20,000 nucleotides of DNA from an uncultured virus (IMG/VR IMGVR_UViG_3300006920_000039). Taxonomy: Duplodnaviria > Heunggongvirae > Uroviricota > Caudoviricetes > Schitoviridae. The stretch lies in IMG/VR virus record IMGVR_UViG_3300006920_000039. One strand, given 5' to 3'. Positions 7,792-16,800 of the stretch are shown here, one piece after another. The position numbers and the translations under genes were made by a program. A model generated the notes under the pieces. The model saw only the letters and a program-made list of their open reading frames with translations. It had not been told where the DNA came from and did no database searches. Numbering within the stretch: position 1 is the stretch's first letter; each line of letters starts with the position of its first letter.

Positions 7792-8946
7792 ATGATCCCC
7801 AAGACAGATAAAGAACGCATATTTTCTGAGCAAGACCAGGCCCTTGTTCTGAGAAACACCGGAATGAGCATGGATCAGATAGGCGAAAAACTAGGCTTAT
7901 CAAAAGATGCAGTGTTCCGTCGGCTCAAAGGGGCAGAAAAGCGGGCAAGGCTCGATCCAATATTAGCAAATAGGCTGGCAGATCAGGGCCTGACGGATCT
8001 CGCAGGTCTGCACTCTGGTTGGCTGATCGACAAGGATGACGCCGGCGCCGGGTCTAGCCTGTATTTCTACATGGGCCCGGACGAAGAAAAGATCAGCTTT
8101 GCAGACGCAATGAGGGATATCCTGAGCGATATTCCAAAGCTGAAACCGATTGAGCAGCTACGCCTGGAAACACCCCCGGCAAACATCAAAGACGTTGCCA
8201 CCTGGGTTGCACTGGCGGATCTCCATGTCGGTGGTGATTATGGGGACACACTCCTCGAAGACGACTTCATCAAAGCGATCGACGACATTGTGGTGCGCTT
8301 GCCTCCTGCAAGCCATGCTGTGTTCCTGGAGCTGGGTGATGTCCTCGAGGCGAATGACCACAAAGGGATAACACCCAATTCCGGCAACCTCTTGGAGGTG
8401 AAGCGAGAGAACCACCTCCAGAACACCATGACAGCCGTCAGCCTTATTCGTAGGGCCCTGTACCGGTTGCTTGAGACACACGACACCGTCGAAGCACACT
8501 TCATCAAAGGCAACCATGATCCCTCAGCCTATGTGGCTGTGATGCTCGCTCTGGCTGAGCATTTCGGAGATAATCCGAGAATAGAGATCACCATCAACGA
8601 TGCAGAATTCAGGGTTATTTCCTGGGGCCTCTGTGCGGCGTTTCCACATCACGGAGACACCCTCAAATGGGCAGCGCTTAAAGACGTATTCGCAGATCAG
8701 TTCGCCGACCAATGGGCCGAGGCAAAGATGCACCGCCTGATTATGACAGCGCACTTCCACCATGACCGCAAACAAGATCTTGTTGGCGCAGTCGCAGAGC
8801 AATTCCGGACGATCCACCGGCCAAATGGTTGGGCGAAATCCAAAGGACTGCTCTCACGAGGCACACTCACCGCAATGACGGTTCACAAAACCCAAGGTGA
8901 GACCGGCCGAACCACATCAAACATCACACCCCACTTCGGTGGATAA
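7792..8946 (+). CDS. N-terminal HTH plus calcineurin-like metallophosphoesterase (384 aa)
   Basis: Start placed at ATG 7792, just after the gp69-like stop; HTH GMSMDQIGEKLGLSKDAVFRRL; phosphoesterase motifs DLH, GD, GNHD, HHGD, AHFHH. Confidence 0.85.
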   Translation: MIPKTDKERIFSEQDQALVLRNTGMSMDQIGEKLGLSKDAVFRRLKGAEKRARLDPILANRLADQGLTDLAGLHSGWLIDKDDAGAGSSLYFYMGPDEEKISFADAMRDILSDIPKLKPIEQLRLETPPANIKDVATWVALADLHVGGDYGDTLLEDDFIKAIDDIVVRLPPASHAVFLELGDVLEANDHKGITPNSGNLLEVKRENHLQNTMTAVSLIRRALYRLLETHDTVEAHFIKGNHDPSAYVAVMLALAEHFGDNPRIEITINDAEFRVISWGLCAAFPHHGDTLKWAALKDVFADQFADQWAEAKMHRLIMTAHFHHDRKQDLVGAVAEQFRTIHRPNGWAKSKGLLSRGTLTAMTVHKTQGETGRTTSNITPHFGG

Positions 8947-8960
8947 AAGGAGCACCCGCA

Positions 8961-9449
8961 GTGCTTAAACCTATTCTAGAAGCATGGTCCTCAATGATCG
9001 TCCGTCGTTGGCACGCGCACGATGTCATGAGCAACACCACTGATCTGACTGGAGCACACGCCTCACGGGTCTGTGTTCTGGCTCTACGGCTAAATCCAAA
9101 GCTGTCACGACGGGGGATAATCTACGCACTCACCCACGACATCGGTGAGAAGAGAGCAGGGGATTTCCCCTACACATTCAAGCGGGACAACCCAGAAACA
9201 GCTGCCAAGTTGGGTGTCTATGAAGAGCAAGTCGCAGCTGAACTAGGGTTTGGCTGGGGCGATCTGGATCCGACAGAGAAGCAGCTGGTGGGCATGTGTG
9301 ACTGGATCGATTCCTACCTATGGGCGGCGCTCCACTACCCCCACATCGTGAACGAGGAGGCTTGGATAAACCAACGGGCAGTCTGCCAACTCACAGCGTC
9401 AAAGCTGGGTTTGCGTGATGAAATCAAGACCCTGATGAGGCGCCCATGA
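8961..9449 (+). CDS. HD-domain phosphohydrolase (YfbR/DatZ-like)
   Basis: GTG after AAGGAG; VRRW...AH...ALTHDIGE...GDFP...D motif pattern. Confidence 0.85.
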   Translation: MLKPILEAWSSMIVRRWHAHDVMSNTTDLTGAHASRVCVLALRLNPKLSRRGIIYALTHDIGEKRAGDFPYTFKRDNPETAAKLGVYEEQVAAELGFGWGDLDPTEKQLVGMCDWIDSYLWAALHYPHIVNEEAWINQRAVCQLTASKLGLRDEIKTLMRRP

Positions 9450-9811
9450 AAGACCTTCCAGACATGAACGTTGAAGGCGCCAAGCTGGATAACGGCAAGG
9501 TCCGGATGGATCTACTCCCACCTGAACTCCTGTTCGCCGTGAGCGAGATCCTGACATTCGGAGCCGAAAAATACAGCGACCGGAACTGGGAACTCGGCAT
9601 GAAGTGGGGCCGGGTATTCGGCGCCATGATGCGACACATGTGGGCTTGGTGGGGAGGCAAGAACCCTACAACCCGCAGCTTCCTATTCGGGTCTTATGAC
9701 AACGAAACCGAATGCTCGCACCTGTGGCACGCTGGCTGCTGCCTCGCATTTCTCATTGCTTACGAAGAGCGCGGTGTCGGTGAAGACGACCGCATGAAAG
9801 GCCCACAATGA
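9446..9811 (+). CDS. DUF5664 / dATP-dGTP diphosphohydrolase N-terminal family protein
   Basis: ATGA overlap; KLDNGKVRMDLLP...FGAEKY..RNWE.G...AMMRH...D.ET..SHL.HA pattern. Confidence 0.85.
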   Translation: MKDLPDMNVEGAKLDNGKVRMDLLPPELLFAVSEILTFGAEKYSDRNWELGMKWGRVFGAMMRHMWAWWGGKNPTTRSFLFGSYDNETECSHLWHAGCCLAFLIAYEERGVGEDDRMKGPQ

Positions 9812-10161
9812 TGATCCCGACAAGTCAGATCGCAGAAGTCGCCCATGAAGTTAATCGGGCCTTCTGTGTAACGATTGGCGACATGAGCCAGCCAGCTTGG
9901 GCAGATGCTCCAGAGTGGCAAAAGGTCAGCGCCATTTTGGGTGTTGAGGCGATTATCAACAAGCCGGAAATGACGCCAAAAGATAGCCATCTGAGCTGGC
10001 TTGCCCACAAACTGAAAGAGGGTTGGCGCATGGGTAAATCCAAAGACCCATACAAAAAGGAGCACCCTTGTATGGTCCCATACGAGATGCTGCCGGACGA
10101 CCAGAAGCACAAAGATCTGCTTTATACACGGGTCGTCAACACCATGTTGGCAATGCAGTAA
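9808..10161 (+). CDS. Stand-alone RyR (ryanodine receptor repeat) domain protein
   Basis: ATGA overlap; H..W...K..EGW..G..KD..KK.HP.MVPY..LP...K.KD signature. Confidence 0.85.
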   Translation: MMIPTSQIAEVAHEVNRAFCVTIGDMSQPAWADAPEWQKVSAILGVEAIINKPEMTPKDSHLSWLAHKLKEGWRMGKSKDPYKKEHPCMVPYEMLPDDQKHKDLLYTRVVNTMLAMQ

Positions 10162-11753
10162 TGCCACCCCTCCCCAAGAGAGAAGTCGATGAGTGGCTAG
10201 ATCTCGTAAACTATGACGAATTGAACTCTGGGCATTATCTCCCAGGAACGTTCGCCCTAAAGTTCATGAACTTCATCAAGCTCGTGAACGGCGGGGAGGG
10301 GGAGCAAAACCTAACTCCAGTTGTGCATCTCGCAATGCTGGATCAAATCGCCGGGAATAAGCAGAGGATCGCAAACCTCTGTGCCCGGGGATTGGCCAAG
10401 ACCACGCTGATGTTTGAATACCTGGTTCTCTACGTGGCTGTCTTCGGCGAGATCGATGGCTTCGGGAAGATCGACGGAATGATCTACGTGTCCGACTCGA
10501 TGGACAACGGTGTGAAGTCAGCCCGAAAGAACATCGAATTCCGGTACTGGAATTCAGAGTTCCTACAGGAATGGCTGCCGGCAAAAGGTGTGAGCTTCAC
10601 CGACAACTATTTGCAGTTCAAATCTAAGGATGGAAACATCCTTGGCTGCAAGATGTTCGGCGCAAAGACAGGTCTCCGCGGTACGAAGATCTTCGGTAAA
10701 CGACCTGTCCTGGCTGTGCTTGACGACTTGGTATCAGATGATGACTCCAAGTCTCGCGTCGCCATGGAGTCGATCAAAGACACGATTTACAAGGGTGTGG
10801 ACTACGCTCTGGATCCCCAGAGACGGAAGATCATCTTCAACGGAACGCCCTTTAACAAAGCCGACATCCTCTACGAAGCTGTGGAATCTGGAGCCTGGCA
10901 CGTCAACGTATGGCCTGTTTGTGAGGAGTACCCCTGCACCCGGGAAGAGTTCCGTGGCGCTTGGGAAGACCGGTTCACCTACGACTTCGTGAAGGATCAA
11001 TACGATACCTCTGTTCTTGCGGGGAAACTAGGCGCGTTTAATCAGGAGCTGATGTTGAGAATATCATCTGAAGAAGAACGGCTTGTTCAAGACAGTGAAA
11101 TTCGCTGGTATTCACGCAAAAGTCTGTTAGATAATCGAGGCAAGTTCAACTTTTATATCACCACTGATTTCGCGGTTGCAGATACTCAAACGGCCGACTT
11201 CTCGGTCATCTCGGTTTGGGCCTATAACGCAAACGGTGACTGGTTCTGGGTCGACGGTGTTTGTGAACGCCAGACCATGGAAAAAAGTGTGGATGCACTC
11301 TTCCGATTTGCCTCTGAATACCGCCCGCAACAAGTGGGCGTCGAGGTCACAGGACAGCAGCTCGCATTCATTCACTGGCTCCAGCAAGAGATGATGGCCC
11401 GGAATATCTGGTTCAATTTCGCGCAGGAGAAGGGAAAGCCTGGGGTCAGACCGACCACCAATAAGCTTTCAAGATTCAACCTCGTAGTGCCGTTCTTCAA
11501 AGCAGGGAAAATGTATTTCCCCGAAGAAATGAAGGCCACGAAGATCATGAAAGAATTCATGTCTGAAATCTCGTTGGCGACGATCAACGGACTGAAAGGC
11601 AAAGATGACGCGCTCGATACGATTTCCATGCTTATGCACATGATGCCCTGGAAACCGAGCGAAGACGCACCAGTGAGAGCCAAAGATGATCACTGGGAAA
11701 TGGATGACGAAGACGGTGACCTGGATAACGCGATCTCCTCGTACATCGTCTGA
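10161..11753 (+). CDS. terL: Terminase large subunit (N4 gp68-like, 530 aa)
   Basis: TAATG overlap gives start 10161; Walker A ARGLAKTT, Walker B LAVLDD, coupling motif GTP, RNase H-like TTDFA and DDALD. Confidence 0.95.
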   Translation: MPPLPKREVDEWLDLVNYDELNSGHYLPGTFALKFMNFIKLVNGGEGEQNLTPVVHLAMLDQIAGNKQRIANLCARGLAKTTLMFEYLVLYVAVFGEIDGFGKIDGMIYVSDSMDNGVKSARKNIEFRYWNSEFLQEWLPAKGVSFTDNYLQFKSKDGNILGCKMFGAKTGLRGTKIFGKRPVLAVLDDLVSDDDSKSRVAMESIKDTIYKGVDYALDPQRRKIIFNGTPFNKADILYEAVESGAWHVNVWPVCEEYPCTREEFRGAWEDRFTYDFVKDQYDTSVLAGKLGAFNQELMLRISSEEERLVQDSEIRWYSRKSLLDNRGKFNFYITTDFAVADTQTADFSVISVWAYNANGDWFWVDGVCERQTMEKSVDALFRFASEYRPQQVGVEVTGQQLAFIHWLQQEMMARNIWFNFAQEKGKPGVRPTTNKLSRFNLVVPFFKAGKMYFPEEMKATKIMKEFMSEISLATINGLKGKDDALDTISMLMHMMPWKPSEDAPVRAKDDHWEMDDEDGDLDNAISSYIV

Positions 11754-11771
11754 ACCGGATCGGAACAGAGA

Positions 11772-12470
11772 ATGCAAGTTTCAGAGATATTTGAAAGCCT
11801 GTCTTATGGGGTTTTGAGCAACCTGGCGATCGGCGGCGAAGGTTGCGGAACGATCCCAACTGCGCATGAACCAAAGCTGATCCACTTTTTGAACCAGTGC
11901 CTCACCGAGATGCACGGGAAGTTCAACCTGGCAGAAAAAGAACTGGTGATCTCAGCTTCTTCTGGACGAACGTTGTATCCGCTTGAGGTGCAATACGCAG
12001 TGAGTGACGCCGCAGTGGTGGAGAAGTTCATTGTGGACACAATACTCGATCCATTTCTGGATGACGTCATGAAGATCGTAGCGGTCTTCGACGAAGAAGG
12101 AGAAGAGCTCGTCTTGAACGACTCGACGAACCCCGCTTCTTTGTTCACTACGAACTTTGATACGATCCAAATACCCGGGCCAGTTGATGGCGACGGGTAC
12201 TTCATCATTTACCAGGCGAAGCACCCCAAGCTGGTGAACGGGGACCTCACACAATCCGTGATTATTCCGGAAATACTGTTCGACCCGCTCTTTCATTATG
12301 TTGCCTACAAAGCAATCTCGCCAATGAACGGTCCTGAGCACGCTGCCAAGGCAAGCGAGCATTACCAGCGGTACGACATGCTGTGTCAGCAAATCATCGA
12401 GAAAGACTTGGTATCGACCAGCCTGGTTGAGACCGGGACCACAAAGCTGATGGATCGGGGTTTCAAATGA
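11772..12470 (+). CDS. N4 gp67-like virion protein (head-tail adaptor)
   Basis: Synteny after terminase; LSYGVLSNL, YQAKHP, C-terminal RGF motif typical of this family. Confidence 0.8.
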   Translation: MQVSEIFESLSYGVLSNLAIGGEGCGTIPTAHEPKLIHFLNQCLTEMHGKFNLAEKELVISASSGRTLYPLEVQYAVSDAAVVEKFIVDTILDPFLDDVMKIVAVFDEEGEELVLNDSTNPASLFTTNFDTIQIPGPVDGDGYFIIYQAKHPKLVNGDLTQSVIIPEILFDPLFHYVAYKAISPMNGPEHAAKASEHYQRYDMLCQQIIEKDLVSTSLVETGTTKLMDRGFK

Positions 12471-13834
12471 AACGAGCCAACTCAGCTGTTGCTGGAGCTG
12501 CAGGGTTAATCGAAAAGTATCTGGGGTCGAGCTATGACACCCTGAAATCACTTGTCGAAAACCTGGATGCAGTGCTTTCAGCTGCAAACATCGCTCAGGA
12601 AATCTCGAACGCAACACAGCTTGGTGTGGGCGTCCTATTCTACCAATTCGATGCTACCGATGGTCAGACGGTCTTCACTGGTTCCGACAAGAATAGCCGC
12701 TCCATGATGATACCAGGGGCGGATCAGATCGGGGTGAAACCTCAGGTCTATGTCAATATGGTCCTGCAGGACCCGAGCACGTACACTGTTGCATCAGACG
12801 GGCTCACGGTCACGTTCGACGAAGGAGTCGAGCTGGATGACCTGATCTGGATCGCAGACTTTGCCTACAATGCTGATGGGACAATCTACTTCGATGATCT
12901 GCTGAGCCAGGCCAGCGTCAATATGATTATCACCAACGCCGACTCCGCAGCTGCAAACGCAGCAGCGTCTGAAATAGCCGCCTCAGCTTCTGAATCGGCT
13001 GCCTCAGCTTCTGAATCGGCTGCCGCAGTATCGGAAGGAAACGCTTCTGTATCTGCTGTGGCAGCGGCGGATTCCTACGCTCTCTTCCAGACCCAGTATC
13101 TTGGGGATTTCGCTACGGCGCCGGTTCTTGACAATGAGGGCAACCCATTGGCGATCGGAGCGATGTATTTTGATACCGTGGTCGACGGGTTGCTCACTTG
13201 GTCTGGTTCCCTCTGGGTCAGCACTGCCGGTCCACAAGGTATTCAGGGCATTCAAGGTATCCAGGGTATCCAAGGCGATCAGGGAGACATCGGTTTAACG
13301 GGCGCAACTGGTGACCCTGGGGGGCTGGTGTTCATCTCGGAGCAATCCTTCACAGGACAATCCTGGGCGAATTTCTTCGGGTATAACTCTGGTCTATATT
13401 CTGGATATGTTTTTGAACTCTACAACGTGCTTCCAAGCGGTGACGCTGCATTGGAGCTCCTGACGTCTCCGGATGGGTCAACGTTTGATACTACGGGGGG
13501 CCAATACGCCCACGCAGGCCGAAGATCGAGATCAGTAAGTGCTGGAGTTGATATCCAGAGTGACTCTGCCGACCATATTGCTGCAGGTGGAACGACAGTT
13601 GCATTCGACGCATCTGGGATTTCCGGAACGGTCAAAGTCTTCCGCCCCGATTTAGCAAACGAGACCCATGTCACTTACAGCGTCTTTCTTCAAAGCTCGA
13701 CTTACTCGAGCGTAGTCGGAGGGGGCGTGCGTAAATCTGCAGCAGCCTCCCTAGGCCTTCGGTTTGCCTTCGCCAGCGGGCGAAATCTGGCTTCTGGCCA
13801 GATCATCCAATTCGGTATTAGGAACGGGTTATAA
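12467..13834 (+). CDS. Short tail fibre/appendage protein (455 aa)
   Basis: ATGA overlap; N-terminal anchor GLIEKYLG, Ala/Ser heptad coil, YLG...LDNEGNPL..GAMYF motif, collagen-like stretch, C-terminal head domain. Confidence 0.8.
   Translation: MKRANSAVAGAAGLIEKYLGSSYDTLKSLVENLDAVLSAANIAQEISNATQLGVGVLFYQFDATDGQTVFTGSDKNSRSMMIPGADQIGVKPQVYVNMVLQDPSTYTVASDGLTVTFDEGVELDDLIWIADFAYNADGTIYFDDLLSQASVNMIITNADSAAANAAASEIAASASESAASASESAAAVSEGNASVSAVAAADSYALFQTQYLGDFATAPVLDNEGNPLAIGAMYFDTVVDGLLTWSGSLWVSTAGPQGIQGIQGIQGIQGDQGDIGLTGATGDPGGLVFISEQSFTGQSWANFFGYNSGLYSGYVFELYNVLPSGDAALELLTSPDGSTFDTTGGQYAHAGRRSRSVSAGVDIQSDSADHIAAGGTTVAFDASGISGTVKVFRPDLANETHVTYSVFLQSSTYSSVVGGGVRKSAAASLGLRFAFASGRNLASGQIIQFGIRNGL
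12980..13024 (+). repeat. Perfect 21-bp tandem duplication inside the fibre coil
   Basis: GCCTCAGCTTCTGAATCGGCT x2 plus GCC (ASASESA x2). Confidence 0.9.
13229..13318 (+). repeat. Collagen-like Gly-X-Y repeat (10 triplets)
   Basis: GPQ GIQ GIQ GIQ GIQ GDQ GDI GLT GAT GDP. Confidence 0.9.
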
Positions 13835-13836
13835 GT

Positions 13837-16800
13837 ATGAAAAGATCTCTCTCGGTAAGCTATAACGCAGAAGGTCTGATCGAAAAGTACGTCGGATCAC
13901 GATTTGATGCGATACTGAAGATCGCTGGAAACTTGGAGGGAATTCTCCAGACAGAACAGGTCATGGAGCTGTCTATTGGCACGCTCTTTTACCAGTTTGA
14001 GGCCATAGGCGGCCAAACAATCTACACCGGAACTGACCAGACCGGCAGAACGATGCTGATCCCTGGAGCCGGGGCCGTGGCCAAGCCGATCGTCTATGTG
14101 GATCGTGAGTTGGTGAGCCCATCTCTTTACACAGTCTCCCCCGACGGGACCACGGTCACATTCAGCTCGGGCCATCTTCTTGGTTCCCCGGTCTGGATCG
14201 CTACTTTTGCGTACAACGAAGACGGCTCGATGTATTTCGCCGACAACATGCAGCAGGATGCGGTCCTCCAGGTCCTCGCAGATGCCAGTGCTGCCAAGGA
14301 TGCGGCTGAGACGGCAGAGGTTGACGCACAAACTGCTCAAGCCGCTGCTGAGGCAGCACAGGCGGCCTCCGAGACTGCTCAGACTGCTGCGGAACTCGCT
14401 CAGGCAGCATCAGAAGCAGGTCAGCTTGGTGCAGAGGCCGCAGTGGCCCAGATCGGAAGTGATGCTGACGATGCTGACGCTTCTGCAATCGCTGCTGCTG
14501 CTTCGGCCGCATCTGCCCTCCAAGCAGAAATCGACGCAGCTGCAAGTGAAACGAATACGGCCGCATCTGAAACGAATGCGGCCGCGTCTGAGGGAGCTGC
14601 TCAGACCGCACAGACTGCGGCAGAGCTTGCTGAAACAAATGCTGAAATTGCCCAAGCGGCTGCTGAAGTTGCAGAGACGAATGCCCTAGCGTCAGAGGTT
14701 GCTGCTCAATCTAGTGAAGATGACGCTGCAATCTCGCAGACAAACGCGGGTGCAGCTGCAACCAACGCTTCGAATAGTGAGATCGCTGCGGCTGCAAGCG
14801 AGACACAAACAGGTCTGGATAGAGTTGCTACGAATGCAGATGTTGTCACAACAAATGCGGACGTGCTTTTGGCGGCTGCATCGGTAGCCGCTGCTGGTGC
14901 ATCTGAGACTGCTGCAGGCCTATCCGAGATTGCTGCTGCTGCATCTGAAAGTGCTTCGGCTGCGTCCGAGAGCGCATCGGCGGCGAGTGAAGCTGCTGCT
15001 GATCTATCAGAGACCAACGCAGCTGCGTCCGAGGCTGCTGCTGGCCTGTCTGAGACAGCGAGTGCGGGTAGTGAAGCTGCTGCTCTGGCATCCCAAAGCG
15101 CTGCTGCGATTTCTGCTGCAGCTGCTCTGGTGTCTGAAGGCAACGCTGCGGCGTCCGAGACAGCTGCAGGGATCTCCGAGGCCAACGCTGGCTCAAGTGA
15201 GACTGCTTCTGGCCTTTCGGAGACGGCTTCTGGTCTCTCAGAGACTGCAGCTGCTCTTAGTGAGACGAACGCTGCTGCGAGTGAAACCGCAGCTGGACTG
15301 TCGGAAACTGCAGCTGGTCTCTCAGAGACAAATGCGGCTGCAAGTGAAACTGCAGCAGGGTTGTCTGAGACTGCAGCTGGATTATCGGAGACTGCTGCCG
15401 CGCTAAGTGAAACCAACGCGGCTTCTAGTGAAACGGCAGCTGGTATTTCGGAGACAGCGGCTGCACTGAGTGAGGCCAATGCGAGTTCGAGTGAAACAGC
15501 GGCCGGTCTTTCGCAGACAGCGACTGGTATCGCTCAGGTTGCTGCTGAGCTTGCCGAGACAAACGCAGAAGCGGCAGAAGTAGCTGCGGAACTTGCGGAA
15601 ACGAATGCCTTTAATTCTCAGACTGCATCAGCTGCAAGCGCTGCGGCGGCTCTTATTTCTGAAGGTAACGCTGCAACCAGCGAAACGGCTGCAGGGCTTT
15701 CTGAAACTGCGGCAGGTTCGAGTGAGACCCAGACAGGTCTGGACGCAATCGCCACGGCTGCTGATGTCGTTACGACAAATGCTGATGTGGTTTTGGTAGA
15801 TGCGTCAGAGGCTGCAGCATTGGCGAGCGAGCTTGCTGCTGCGATATCCGCAGCGGCCGCCCTCGTATCTGAAGGTAATGCGTCTGACAGCGAAGCCGCA
15901 GCTGCTACATCTCTGGGAAATATTGGAACCAGCGAAACGAACAGCGCGAACAGTGCAGCGGCTGCTTTGGCGTCTGAGGACGCTGCGGCAATTACTTTAG
16001 ACAATTTTGAAGACCGGTATCTTGGAGTCAAATCCGCGGATCCAACACTCGACAATGATGGAGACCCATTGGTTGCCGGCACCCTATATTTCAGATCCCC
16101 AACGAACCCTGGATTCTACGTTTATACCGGAACTGTATGGATTGCCGGAGAGACAGGTCCACAGGGTCCTGCGGGAGACGGAGTCTTGCCTGGCGGTATT
16201 CTGGGTCAAACACTGACCAAGCTAAGCTCTACGGATTTGGATGTTGATTGGGCTGGGCCCTACACCCTTCTGAGTGCCTTTACCGGGCATGGTCATGCAA
16301 TCTCAGATGTAACCAGCCTCCAAACCACGCTCGACGGCAAAGCCTTGAGTTCACACGCACACATCATTGGAGATACGACAGGTCTTCAAACTGCATTGGA
16401 TGGTAAAACAGACACCGGTCACGCCCACATCGTTGGTGATGTCACAGGCCTCCAAGGTGCATTGGATGCCAAATCCGACGATGGGCACGGACACGTTATT
16501 GCGGACACGACAGGTCTACAGGGTGCTCTCGATGGTAAGTCGGACACCGGGCATGGCCACATCATCGGCGACACGACCGGGCTTCAGACGGCTCTGGATG
16601 ACAAGGCAGACGCTGCCGATCTCAGCCTTTATTCAACTCTGGCCGGGCCCAACACTTTCACCGGTCTCACCACATTTGATGAACCAATTACGGACGTTAT
16701 CAAACTTGAGGGTATCGGGCCCACCTTCCAGTTGAACGAAACTGACCACACAAGTGGCAGCCGGTGCACTAACATTTCTATGGTCGCCGGAAACTTAATA

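Noticed and set aside
10068..10160. Upstream extension of terL
   Set aside because: Overlaps the RyR gene; the TAATG junction at 10161 gives a typical N4-like terminase length
11952..12617. 221-aa minus-strand ORF
   Set aside because: Antisense to the gp67-like and fibre genes; no motif support
14201..16082. Several antisense and alternate-frame ORFs (e.g. 14706..15479)
   Set aside because: By-products of the Ala/Ser-rich heptad repeat of the fibre gene
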